This document shows positions 8,417-17,212 of a stretch of DNA of 54,161 nt, piece after piece. The stretch is taken from contig JBJKQM010000016.1 of the NCBI GenBank assembly GCA_046705365.1, positions 1-54,161 of the forward strand. Reading direction: 5' to 3'. Below the pieces are notes generated by a model, which saw nothing but the letters and a program-made list of their open reading frames with translations, had not been told where the DNA came from and did no database searches. Made by a program: the position numbers and the translations under genes. Position 1 is the first letter of the stretch; every line of letters starts with the position of its first letter. Source of the DNA: Thermoplasmataceae archaeon. GTDB taxonomy: Archaea > Thermoplasmatota > Thermoplasmata > Thermoplasmatales > Thermoplasmataceae.

Positions 8417-9781
8417 TTAATTTTTCTTTTCTTCCTTGTTTTCTCCCGGTACTTCCCTGTGGATAAGTGAGGGCGTTTCGGTCTTCTGGGTTGCCTTCTT
8501 CAGTTTCTTCTTCATGCCTCTTGACCTGGCGGATACTGCTATCAGGGCAATTATAAGGATAATCAGCAGGAAGAGTACTCCTATGTTCATAGGCGTGAAG
8601 GTGAAATTGGATGTCAACTGCTGTATTGCCGTAGGAGTGACTTTTTGATTGAAGTTGTAGGTCTGATGGAACTGTTGTGCAGTATTATTCAGGTTCCACT
8701 GGACAACCAGCTGTGCCTGATATGTCTGTGTTGCTGCTGAGGAACTGACATCCACAAGGTAGGTCACCGTTATAGATTGCCCTGGATTCAGCTGTGCTAT
8801 TGTAAAGTTGTCCGCTGTCAGTGCAGAAAGCGGGTTCGATGATGGTATGTGGATGCTGACTACGCTTGGTGAGAGCAGATGCACACTTACATCATACATT
8901 ATGTTGTTCCCGTTGTTTGTCAATGTAAACTGCTCAAGTGCAGAACTGGCCCCCGGAGTAAGCGTAGGTATTGAGCTGCTGATGCCAACTGTTCCATGGT
9001 CATGGAGATATAATGGAACAGCAACCAGTTGAGGTCCCATGTGGAAGTAGAGATATTCCTGTCCGGTTACATTCATTGCATTAAGGAGGAAAGTGAAGTT
9101 CTCAATTGAGCCTGAAGGCATATATGCAATATTATATGGATTTGTCAGGGAGGTGAAAACCGAGGAATTGATCCAGAACTGCATGTTCTTAGCCGGACCT
9201 GCACCTGTGTTGGAAACCACTGCCGTGAACTGGATGAATTTCTGATCCTGGTAGATTATTGGAGGATTTGTGTAATAATTCACCAGTGTCAGTTGTGGTG
9301 TTCCTAGAACTGCAACCTTGAAAACCTCAAACGATGGGTTATTAGGTGTTGCATTTGTTGTAACTTCCAGTGCAACTTCATATACGCCCTGGGCTGCATT
9401 TGAACTTACATTTACCAGCTGGTTTATTGTCACCGACTCACCCGGGCCAGTTGGCGTGAAATTGTAATAAGTCCTCTGCTGAGTGTTTGGTCCGGAGATG
9501 TAACTGTAGCTGAATGGTGAACCCGGATAATATGACAGGTTGACGGATGCGTTCACATATGAGAAACTCCCTGCCACTGTAAACTGGACAAACAGCGGTG
9601 TGTAATTTGAACCTGGTGACACCAGATCAGTAGAGTTGGCGCCATACCAGTAGGCATTAGTTATAACAACTGGCTCGAAAGAAGGAGAGGCATGCGCCGT
9701 TCCAATGGTGCCGAATGCACCTATTATGGCTAGCAGTGTTAGTGCAGATACTGTCAATTTCTTATAATTCACTTGTTTCAC
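8417..9781 (-). CDS. Cell-surface glycoprotein with repeated CARDB/COG1361-like beta-sandwich modules and a C-terminal TM anchor
   Basis: 454-aa ORF with a GTG start and a signal peptide (LLAIIGAFGTIGTAHA). It has many N-x-S/T sequons, about five repeats of a module of the VVSNTGAGPAKN type, and a C-terminal TM helix followed by a basic tail. Confidence 0.6.
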   Translation of the reverse strand: MKQVNYKKLTVSALTLLAIIGAFGTIGTAHASPSFEPVVITNAYWYGANSTDLVSPGSNYTPLFVQFTVAGSFSYVNASVNLSYYPGSPFSYSYISGPNTQQRTYYNFTPTGPGESVTINQLVNVSSNAAQGVYEVALEVTTNATPNNPSFEVFKVAVLGTPQLTLVNYYTNPPIIYQDQKFIQFTAVVSNTGAGPAKNMQFWINSSVFTSLTNPYNIAYMPSGSIENFTFLLNAMNVTGQEYLYFHMGPQLVAVPLYLHDHGTVGISSSIPTLTPGASSALEQFTLTNNGNNIMYDVSVHLLSPSVVSIHIPSSNPLSALTADNFTIAQLNPGQSITVTYLVDVSSSAATQTYQAQLVVQWNLNNTAQQFHQTYNFNQKVTPTAIQQLTSNFTFTPMNIGVLFLLIILIIALIAVSARSRGMKKKLKKATQKTETPSLIHREVPGENKEEKKN

Positions 9782-11216
9782 CTTTTCTTTTTCCTAATAT
9801 TTCGTTTTTCATGAACAGGGTCAGGGTTACCATTATGGCCAGGAAAATGAGGCCAATTATGTAGATGTAATCGTATGCTGTGCTGGAGGGGAACGTGTCA
9901 AAAATAGGGAAAAACGGCATTCCGCCCACCGGGTAGTTGTAGACTCCCAATAAAACGGGCATTACGTAAGTGCTCTCTATAACGCCACCTATGGCTGGAG
10001 CAATTGCAGAACCGATATTCCTGAAGACCACATTCATTCCCGTGGAAACTCCTGCGTCTTTCCTCGGTGTCGAGATAAGCAGTATGTTTATCACGCCCAC
10101 AAAAACAAATGAAAGGCTGATACCCAGTAATGTGGTATCCTCAAGAATCGAAATAGTTGTCTGCCTGTTAAAAAGAAGTGCGAGATACGAAAGGAAAAGC
10201 ACTACCCCCCCAATGAGAATTGTGACTTTTGGGCCGCGCACATTAGTAATCCTGGCAGAGAGTGGAGCAAAAATCATGGAAGCAATTGCTGCGGGAAGCA
10301 TGATTATTCCGGAATTGAAAACTGACATGCCAAATCCGGACGGGCTTGGATCCTGCAACAGCACAGGAACAGTGTAAAAAAGGAAAAACATGCCCGTCAT
10401 AGCAAACAGGCCCGCTATATTGGCAAGGAAAATGTTCCTAACTTTGAGCAGACGCAATTCAATGAAGGGCATCTTCACTGACCTCTCTATTGCTACAAAG
10501 GCGATGAAGCTCAGTATTGAGAGTACAAAGGTTGCCACAATGGAAATGGATTGCCATCCCCAGTACTCGCCCTGGGATAAACCCAGAATAAGGAATATAA
10601 CTGCCATGGAAAGTGCAAAAACACCTGCGAAATCTATGGATTCCTGCCTTCTGACAGGGCTCTCCTTTACCACAACAGCTGCTGCGATCAGAAGGGCAAA
10701 AGCCACAGGTATAGCAGAATGATATGACCATTCCCAACCATAGTACTGGGTGATATAAGCGCCAAGGACAAGGCCAATTGCAGCCCCGCCAGTAAACGTG
10801 GAACTTATTATACCCTGGGCGAGTGCGAGGCCCTCCTTGGGAACTTCGTCGTTCAGGAGTGCGTATGCTACAGGGAACATACCCATTCCAACTCCCTGCA
10901 CCGCTCTGACAATTATGAACTGTTCAAGGTTGGTTGCAAATCCACCAAATGAAACTGCAACTGTATAGACCCCGGCGAGTATGAGGAAAATCTTCTTTTT
11001 TCCATATATGTCTGCAAGCCTGCCAAAAATGGCTGCGGAAACTGTTCCTGCAAGAATATATGCGGTGATAACCCATGATAATTTGTCATAATTTGTGTGG
11101 AAATCGTTTACGAGTATAGGCAGGGCAGGAGTTACCATAGTTTCCACATACGTGATGAGAATCCCCATCATTGCCATGATTCCGATGGTTAGTTTTGCAT
11201 TTCTTGTGAATGCCAC
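9762..11216 (-). CDS. MFS transporter (14-TMS drug:H+ antiporter-like)
   Basis: 484-aa polytopic ORF carrying the MFS motif GRLADIYGKKK after TM2. Confidence 0.8.
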   Translation of the reverse strand: MAFTRNAKLTIGIMAMMGILITYVETMVTPALPILVNDFHTNYDKLSWVITAYILAGTVSAAIFGRLADIYGKKKIFLILAGVYTVAVSFGGFATNLEQFIIVRAVQGVGMGMFPVAYALLNDEVPKEGLALAQGIISSTFTGGAAIGLVLGAYITQYYGWEWSYHSAIPVAFALLIAAAVVVKESPVRRQESIDFAGVFALSMAVIFLILGLSQGEYWGWQSISIVATFVLSILSFIAFVAIERSVKMPFIELRLLKVRNIFLANIAGLFAMTGMFFLFYTVPVLLQDPSPSGFGMSVFNSGIIMLPAAIASMIFAPLSARITNVRGPKVTILIGGVVLFLSYLALLFNRQTTISILEDTTLLGISLSFVFVGVINILLISTPRKDAGVSTGMNVVFRNIGSAIAPAIGGVIESTYVMPVLLGVYNYPVGGMPFFPIFDTFPSSTAYDYIYIIGLIFLAIMVTLTLFMKNEILGKRKGETSEL

Positions 11217-11716
11217 ACTTCCACCTCCCCTTCAACTTTCCTTAGCATCTTCTTCAGTTCTGCAAGGTTTTCCAGGGCTCCGTTTTTCTTCATGATGAAA
11301 CCAGCCCTTACAATGGACATAATTTCATCTCCAAGGTACTCCAGTAGTTCCCTGAAAACGGTCGCGTCATCCAGGTTCGAGAGAAAATCCAGGAAGAGTG
11401 CGTTTTCATTCATGGAATCCACAAAAACTCTTCTCTTCAATTCATTGCGTATGGATCTGACTTCCTGCACATACTTTTCTCCCTTGTCTGTCAGAGAATA
11501 AACCTTCCGCCTGCCGCTAATCGAGAAAGTGACAAAGCCGTTGGATAGAAGGTGATCCAGAACAGGTTTCAGTGTTCCATTTGAAATTCTTTCATTCTTG
11601 GTAGCTATAAATTTAGAAAGCTGATAACCGCATAAATCTTTGAAACTTAACGCCATCAAGACCCTAGTTGCATAGTCGCGGTTAATCATGAGTCGAAATC
11701 GACATATGGTCAGCAT
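11189..11716 (-). CDS. PadR-family winged-helix transcriptional regulator
   Basis: It contains LCGYQLSKFIATKNERISNGTLKPVLDHLLSNGFVTFSISGRRKVYSLTDKGEKY. The start is uncertain (ATG 11716 or ATG 11689). The gene overlaps the MFS start by 28 nt. Confidence 0.65.
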   Translation of the reverse strand: MLTICRFRLMINRDYATRVLMALSFKDLCGYQLSKFIATKNERISNGTLKPVLDHLLSNGFVTFSISGRRKVYSLTDKGEKYVQEVRSIRNELKRRVFVDSMNENALFLDFLSNLDDATVFRELLEYLGDEIMSIVRAGFIMKKNGALENLAELKKMLRKVEGEVEVWHSQEMQN

Positions 11717-11857
11717 ATATTAAATTGACTCGTGCAGTAGACAGTTTCACACATTAAATGGCTTATTTTGGAATTATTTTATCATACATAAAACCCGCCA
11801 TTACTTAGTTTTTTAATTAACAAAAAGTAATTATCAATATAACAATGAGGGCCATAG

Positions 11858-12199
11858 ATGTTTTCCAGAAAGATTGAGGAAATGAATCCTGGTGAATTGC
11901 TTGAATTCATGGATGAGAACCAGGAATACCTTGTGGTTGATGTGAGGGAACCCTCTGAATATTATGGCGACATGGGCCACATCAAAGGTTCGCAGCATAT
12001 CCCGCTGATGCAACTGAATGACAATCTGGATAAATTGAGAAATGAAAAAAGAAAACTCATTTTTGTGTGCAACAGCGGAGAGCGCAGTTATTATGCCTGT
12101 TCATTCCTTAAGGATCAAGGTATAGAAGATGTCGTGAATCTCAGAGGCGGGATGGTTCAATGGCATCTCTCCGGACTGGATGTAGAGTATGAGGAATAA
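11858..12199 (+). CDS. Single-domain rhodanese sulfurtransferase
   Basis: 113-aa ORF with the active-site loop VCNSGERS. Confidence 0.8.
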   Translation: MFSRKIEEMNPGELLEFMDENQEYLVVDVREPSEYYGDMGHIKGSQHIPLMQLNDNLDKLRNEKRKLIFVCNSGERSYYACSFLKDQGIEDVVNLRGGMVQWHLSGLDVEYEE

Positions 12200-13520
12200 T
12201 TCAGAAAAGGTAAGAATAGAAAACATTGATAAAATTAATTTTACAGAGCAGCGGAATATCCTGACTTCCTCAATATCTCAGGCACTTGGAGATCTTGATC
12301 CTTCAACCTTACTGAAAAAAGAAGTTGAATCTACTTACCGTTCCAGAAAGGATTTTAAAAATTTGTATGTGATTGGTTTTGGAAAAGCAACACTGGCAAT
12401 GTACACCGGTGTGAGGGAAATTACTTCCGGAGATGCCATTTATTCTGGAATCATAATACCTGAGGGCGAGAATTATGAAGAGGACTTTTCGGAACTTGAA
12501 GTTTTAAGGGGAACTCACCCAATTGCATCTGCAAAATCTGAAGAATCAACCAGGATTCTGCTTGACAGGATCAGGGGTCATCACCCGGAAGATCTCTTCA
12601 TAGTGTTGATTTCTGGGGGAGGGTCCGCCCTTTTTGAATTACCAGCCCAGGGCATAACCATAGAAGACATTGGAAATACAGCAAAATGCCTCATGGAAAA
12701 TGGAGCGGATATCCGTGAGCTCAACATTATCAGGCATTCCATGTCCAAAGTGAAAGGCGGTAAACTGGCAGCATATCTTTCGCCTTCGCAGGTAAAGGCA
12801 TTTGTAGTGTCGGATGTGCCTGGAGACGATTTGCAGATGATCGCGTCTGGGCCTCTAGTTAAGCCAGCTTACAGCACTGATGATTTCAGAAGAATTGTCG
12901 ATAAATACAAAAATAAATGCCCTGGTGTCGGTAGTGTGGAGAATAAACAGTTTGTAACACCGAATGAACAGATTTTCTCCAGGGTCGAGAACAGAATAGT
13001 CCTGAAAAACAGAGACTTTGTCGAAAATATCTCTCAATTTATATCTTCCTCAGGTGAAAACGTTGTTAAGATCACGAAACCTGTCACTGGAGACGTTGAG
13101 GAAGTTGCGGAATACCTCGCCTCGCAGGCCAGGAATCATTACGCTTCTAAACAGGCGCCATTCTGGTTGGTATGTGGAGGAGAAACGACTGCCCAGGTAA
13201 AAGGAGACGGCATTGGTGGAAGAAACTGCGAACTCTCACTGAGGTTTGCACTGAATATGAATTCTGATGAGGATTTTCTTTTTGCAAGCTTAGGAACAGA
13301 CGGAATTGACGGTGTCAGTCCAGCCATGGGTGGAATTACAGACTCATGGTTTCTGAAGAACACCCAAAAAGATGAAATCAGAAGTTGCCTTGAAAACAGT
13401 GATTCATATTCACTATTGAACTGCAGAAGATCAGCTATTCTGACTGGGTATACAGGAACCAATGTTTCAGATATATTTGTCTTATATTACAATGGCCTAA
13501 GGAAAGGAGAAAATGTATGA
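12189..13520 (+). CDS. Glycerate 2-kinase (MOFRL family)
   Basis: 443-aa ORF. The GGETTAQVKGDGIGGRNCELSL motif and the overall layout fit the MOFRL/hydroxypyruvate-reductase-like kinases. Confidence 0.7.
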   Translation: MRNNSEKVRIENIDKINFTEQRNILTSSISQALGDLDPSTLLKKEVESTYRSRKDFKNLYVIGFGKATLAMYTGVREITSGDAIYSGIIIPEGENYEEDFSELEVLRGTHPIASAKSEESTRILLDRIRGHHPEDLFIVLISGGGSALFELPAQGITIEDIGNTAKCLMENGADIRELNIIRHSMSKVKGGKLAAYLSPSQVKAFVVSDVPGDDLQMIASGPLVKPAYSTDDFRRIVDKYKNKCPGVGSVENKQFVTPNEQIFSRVENRIVLKNRDFVENISQFISSSGENVVKITKPVTGDVEEVAEYLASQARNHYASKQAPFWLVCGGETTAQVKGDGIGGRNCELSLRFALNMNSDEDFLFASLGTDGIDGVSPAMGGITDSWFLKNTQKDEIRSCLENSDSYSLLNCRRSAILTGYTGTNVSDIFVLYYNGLRKGENV

Positions 13521-14281
13521 CAATTCTGGTTCTTAAATCTGCAAAAGCTTCCGGTACGTTTGATTCATCCAGAAATGTTGCTACAATAAGGGGCAAAGAA
13601 TACACAATTTCACCGGCATCTGTGATCTCCGCTGGTGACAGGATAATCATTAAAGGAGAGGAATTTGCCGCGTTGAATCCTGAACCTTACCATTTCAGGG
13701 ATTATGCCAGGCGTACAGCCCAGATCATCCAACCATGGGATGCAGCCGTGATCCTACTTTATGGAGGGATATCTCCCGGCAAAAGAGTTCTGGAGTCAGG
13801 TGCCGGGTCTGGAGCCCTTTCAGCTGCAATTCTTCATGCGATTGGACCGGACGGGAAGCTTACAACCGTTGACATCGACAGAAATAACCTTGAAAATGCC
13901 CGGCAAAACGTGAAATTGTCTCTTGATTGCAAAAACTGGACTCTTATAGAATCAAGCATCGAGGATTTCTCTTCGGATGAAAAGTTCGATTGCGCTGTAC
14001 TGGATGTTCCCGAACCCTGGGGAGTTGTTCAGAAGATCAGCAAAAATATAGTTTCAGGTGGAATGGTATGCTGCTATTCCCCCACCTTTAACCAGTTGGA
14101 AAAGAATGTAACAGCCTTGAAAAAATCTGGTTGCCTAGTTCTCGAAAGTGTGGAGATTCTGAAGAGGGAGATACTGGTGCGTGAAAATGCTACGAGGCCT
14201 GACAATGACATCATTGGGCATACTGCGTTCATGACATTTGCGGTAAAACTCTCCGGAAGACTCACTAAAGATGGGTTCTGA
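13517..14281 (+). CDS. trmI: tRNA (adenine-N1)-methyltransferase TrmI/Gcd14
   Basis: 254-aa ORF with the SAM motif VLESGAGSGALSAAI and VLDVPEPW. It overlaps the previous gene by 4 nt. Confidence 0.8.
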   Translation: MTILVLKSAKASGTFDSSRNVATIRGKEYTISPASVISAGDRIIIKGEEFAALNPEPYHFRDYARRTAQIIQPWDAAVILLYGGISPGKRVLESGAGSGALSAAILHAIGPDGKLTTVDIDRNNLENARQNVKLSLDCKNWTLIESSIEDFSSDEKFDCAVLDVPEPWGVVQKISKNIVSGGMVCCYSPTFNQLEKNVTALKKSGCLVLESVEILKREILVRENATRPDNDIIGHTAFMTFAVKLSGRLTKDGF

Positions 14282-14315
14282 CATCAAAGGATAAATAATA
14301 TTGTCGCATGTTTAG

Positions 14316-14654
14316 ATGTTGGAAGAAGATCTTGTCTGTGAAAGGTGCAATGGCACCGGGAACATTCTTGACGAAACCGGCCGCCTGGATGTGTGCGATA
14401 TGTGTTTTGGCCTTGGGCACGTCAGGGAAGTGTATAACCCGCCGCCTCTTTCTGAAAGTAAGATCAAACTGAAGCGCGCCTTCTTATACACCTTTATTGC
14501 GCTGACTGTCTATTATGCCGCCTTTTCCTACAGTTTTATCAGATTCTCATTTGGCCCTGTAGAGACCTTGATTATCCTGCTAATTGGCCATATAACAGCA
14601 GTGTCATTCCTTGTTTTTTACATTCTTTTTCGAGCAGTCCGGGATTCAAGTTGA
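14316..14654 (+). CDS. Membrane protein with N-terminal DnaJ-type CxxCxGxG zinc finger
   Basis: 112-aa ORF with CERCNGTG ... CDMCFGLG followed by two hydrophobic helices. Confidence 0.5.
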   Translation: MLEEDLVCERCNGTGNILDETGRLDVCDMCFGLGHVREVYNPPPLSESKIKLKRAFLYTFIALTVYYAAFSYSFIRFSFGPVETLIILLIGHITAVSFLVFYILFRAVRDSS

Positions 14655-14716
14655 CACTCCCAGAATTTATGCAACATTATTATAGAATATAAAGTTATAA
14701 TAATTGGGTTAACACA

Positions 14717-15418
14717 TTGTTACCTGAAAAGAAAAAACAGGCAGTCATAATAGCCTCTGTAGTAGTTGCTGGCATTCTTATAATCACGGGAATTAGTTTT
14801 CTTGGCCCATATTTGTTTGGGCCAGTTTCAATCGAAGGAGGCAGCACTTCGTATTCCTGGCAATCTGATTTCCTTTCTAATTCAACAATTCATTATCTTC
14901 CAGAACATAATTCAAGTAGTGGAACTGGCATTGCTAATTCTGGTCACAATGTTTTGCCAACCACCTGGCTAAATACATCTGTATGGGGTTCATCTTCAGC
15001 TGTTGGGGGGACACCAGTTTCAGCTGCAAATTTCCATCTGAATTTTGCAATTAATGGTTCCTTGAATAAGACATTCGGGTTTTCAAAATTGATTTTCAGC
15101 ATCAGCCTTACTCATTTCAATAGTTCCCAAGACCATCTTCAGGCCTCTCATTTGGTTCGCATGCAAATGACCAACCTGAATACCACTTACAAACTTGGAG
15201 AAAATTGGAGTTCCAGTGGCTCCTGGTATCCTCAGAATCCAGCCCAGAATACAGGTTCAAAATACAGGTTTAGTTTAGAATTAAGCTATAACGCAACAAT
15301 TTCAAATATAATTCCTGGAAAAGGATTCAATATTTCCATTTCACCTGAACTTTATGGCACTTCAAACATTTTTATGCAGACTTTGACATTAGTTATTTTG
15401 GACACCAATGCCATCTGA
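14717..15418 (+). CDS. N-terminally anchored extracellular protein, sequon-rich
   Basis: 233-aa ORF with a TTG start, one N-terminal TM helix and many N-x-S/T sites. Confidence 0.45.
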   Translation: MLPEKKKQAVIIASVVVAGILIITGISFLGPYLFGPVSIEGGSTSYSWQSDFLSNSTIHYLPEHNSSSGTGIANSGHNVLPTTWLNTSVWGSSSAVGGTPVSAANFHLNFAINGSLNKTFGFSKLIFSISLTHFNSSQDHLQASHLVRMQMTNLNTTYKLGENWSSSGSWYPQNPAQNTGSKYRFSLELSYNATISNIIPGKGFNISISPELYGTSNIFMQTLTLVILDTNAI

Positions 15419-15667
15419 TTTTTTGAATAATTAATTAGCTTTGAGAACTCAACTGTGTGCAAGCGATGATTACACAAGAAAGAGGTCTCGTATATTTCAA
15501 AGAGTGGATAATCGTGTACTGCACATATATTGGATAAAAGAGGATAGTCCCGACCTCTAGTAATTCACGCAATCACGATAACAATATTGGCAACCAAAAT
15601 CACCATTGTGTCATTCACTTTAGGTAAAAACATGATGCTGAAACGCAGATAAAATCAAGGATTGAGC

Positions 15668-15674
15668 AAAAAAA
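15668..15674 (-). terminator. Oligo-T tract downstream of tRNA-Tyr
   Basis: A run of seven A on the plus strand (T7 on the minus strand) begins 6 nt after the tRNA 3' end. Confidence 0.5.
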
Positions 15675-15679
15675 TAGAG

Positions 15680-15783
15680 TCCCGGCTTCCGGATTCGAAC
15701 CAGAGGCCTGCGGATTACGGCGGTATTCCATGCCGTGGATTCCCTCTACAGTCCGCCGCTCTACCAGCCTGAGCTAAGCCGGG
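15680..15783 (-). tRNA. tRNA-Tyr (anticodon GTA) with a ~30-nt intron at the canonical 37/38 position
   Basis: I folded the reverse complement by hand.
- Acceptor stem: CCCGGCT/AGCCGGG
- D arm: GCTC-AGGCTGGTA-GAGC
- Anticodon stem: GCGGA ... TCCGC
- Anticodon loop: CTGTAG|A
- T arm: TCTGG-TTCGAAT-CCGGA
- Discriminator: A

The gene is 104 nt long, and about 30 nt interrupt the anticodon loop. Confidence 0.8.
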
Positions 15784-15803
15784 TAGACCAGTAATAATCA
15801 GGC

Positions 15804-15814
15804 TTAATAAAAAG
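15804..15814 (-). promoter_or_regulatory. TATA-like box for tRNA-Tyr
   Basis: The minus strand reads CTTTTTATTAA, centred about 26 nt upstream of the tRNA 5' end. Confidence 0.45.
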
Positions 15815-16130
15815 GTTAAGGTTTTCAACCATATATTTACCCTTAGGAAAAACTGGGAATGTGCACACCAACAGTTTGAGAATCAGATCCGCGTTGGGCT
15901 CATTTATTCTTTTTGCTGACTTTTGGTTTAACCACCATTCCGTAATTGGTCATTAGATTCCTTTGATACTGTCTTGTAGGATCTAAATTTGCCAAATATC
16001 TGTATTATTAGTCTGAATTTGTCAATTTGTCGAAACTGAGTTGAAATCTGAACAGTACCGCCCATTACCTAAAAATACTCTAAAGTCATATCCTGAAACT
16101 GTCATTATTCAAACTTTTAAGGAGGTTAAA

Positions 16131-16445
16131 ATGGAAGTTGAAGAATTAACTGCAACTATGGAAAAATACTATGGCCAGAGGATTGTAACCGCACTGATAG
16201 GTATAGAATGCGATGTCAACAAAGTTGACAATGTTGCTTCTGCAGTATGTGATTTCCAGAACGTGGAAGACACCTTCGTGACCACCGGGGATTATGACAT
16301 CCTCCTGAAGGTAAGATTTCCGCATTATGATGATTTTCAGTCTTTCCTCGTTAATGACCTGGGAAAACTAAGCGGGATTAGGAGAATCAAAACAATGATG
16401 GTTCTTTCCATTAAGAAGGAAATGGGCCAGAAGATAGGAGAGTGA
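16131..16445 (+). CDS. Stand-alone Lrp/AsnC-type ligand-binding (RAM) domain protein
   Basis: The track ORF starts at TTG 16041. I prefer ATG 16131, which is preceded by AAGGAGG. The pattern ALIGIECD...VEDTFVTTGDYDILLKVRF...SFLVNDLGKLSGIRRIKTMMVL is RAM-domain-like, and there is no HTH. Confidence 0.6.
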   Translation: MEVEELTATMEKYYGQRIVTALIGIECDVNKVDNVASAVCDFQNVEDTFVTTGDYDILLKVRFPHYDDFQSFLVNDLGKLSGIRRIKTMMVLSIKKEMGQKIGE

Positions 16446-16708
16446 ACCAAATGGATCAAAAACTGTACGATGAAGTGTTGTATCTTTTAGATGAACTTGG
16501 ACAGGACACAACTGTCCCTAAAAATGTAAGAAAAAGCGCCGCCGATTCAATAGCCAAATTAAGCAAGCAGAGCGAGAGCCTCGATATTAAGTGCGCAACA
16601 GCCATTTCAATGCTTGACGAAATGGCAAACGACCCCAACGTGCCAGCTCATGGCAGGGCTGCACTTTATACCGTGATAAGCAGACTCGAGGCGTTAGCAA
16701 AATCTTAA
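16442..16708 (+). CDS. UPF0147 family protein (small helical, archaeal)
   Basis: 88-aa ORF with VPKNVRKSAADSIAKL...DPNVPAHGRAALYTVISRLE. Either GTG 16442 or ATG 16451 could be the start. Confidence 0.65.
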   Translation: MNQMDQKLYDEVLYLLDELGQDTTVPKNVRKSAADSIAKLSKQSESLDIKCATAISMLDEMANDPNVPAHGRAALYTVISRLEALAKS

Positions 16709-16713
16709 TTATA

Positions 16714-16725
16714 TTTTCCTTTTTT
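16714..16725 (+). terminator. T-rich tract after the UPF0147 gene
   Basis: TTTTCCTTTTTT begins 6 nt after the stop codon. Confidence 0.3.
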
Positions 16726-16853
16726 GCAGATTAAGACGAAAAAAGTATCATTTTATCGAATTTCTTCTCAAATGTAGAAAGTAAAGCGAATAACACAAAC
16801 TTTATAAAATACGATTAGATATTTAATAAACTATAATAGTGTGGGCGAAAACA

Positions 16854-17210
16854 ATGGTGCTCTCAGAAATGAATGATAAACTAGCGAAATACCTAATTAT
16901 TTCAGATATACCAAGAAGCGTTGCATATACACTGGTCTATATCAGAGATAAAGGAGAAATTACGAGTGTAGAAATTGAACGCGAGACAGGACTCAGACAG
17001 CCGGAAGTATCCATAGCCATGCAATGGCTAAGGAGAAAGGGATGGATAAACAAGCGTAACATGAAGAAAGAGGGCAAAGGCCGTCCCATACATGGATACA
17101 GACTCTCCAAGAGCTTTAACGAGATTTTAGAGGAAATTATCCAGGATCTCTCTAACAAAATAAGTGAGATTAACAGCAATATAGAGCAGTTAAAATCTTT
17201 CCAGGACTAA
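16854..17210 (+). CDS. Winged-helix (ArsR/TrmB-like) transcriptional regulator
   Basis: It contains VAYTLVYIRDKGEITSVEIERETGLRQPEVSIAMQWLRRKGWI...KGRPIHGYRL. I prefer ATG 16854 over GTG 16839. Confidence 0.6.
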   Translation: MVLSEMNDKLAKYLIISDIPRSVAYTLVYIRDKGEITSVEIERETGLRQPEVSIAMQWLRRKGWINKRNMKKEGKGRPIHGYRLSKSFNEILEEIIQDLSNKISEINSNIEQLKSFQD

Positions 17211-17212
17211 TT

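Noticed and set aside
15632-15667. Possible C/D-box sRNA (ATGATGC ... CTGA ... TGAGC) just downstream of tRNA-Tyr
   Set aside because: The C-like and D-like boxes are adjacent, with no guide-length spacer of about 12 nt. There is no clear C'/D' pair or terminal stem, so the layout is inconsistent with archaeal C/D sRNA architecture.
15441-15884. Imperfect inverted repeat flanking tRNA-Tyr (TTGAGAACTCAACTGTGTGCA at 15441-15461 versus TGCACACCAACAGTTTGAGAATC at 15862-15884), considered as possible element ends or an att-like structure
   Set aside because: Only about 14 matching positions are found, and only with two gaps. There is no integrase or transposase, no target-site duplication, and no duplicated tRNA segment. 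Chance similarity in AT-rich spacer is the likeliest explanation.
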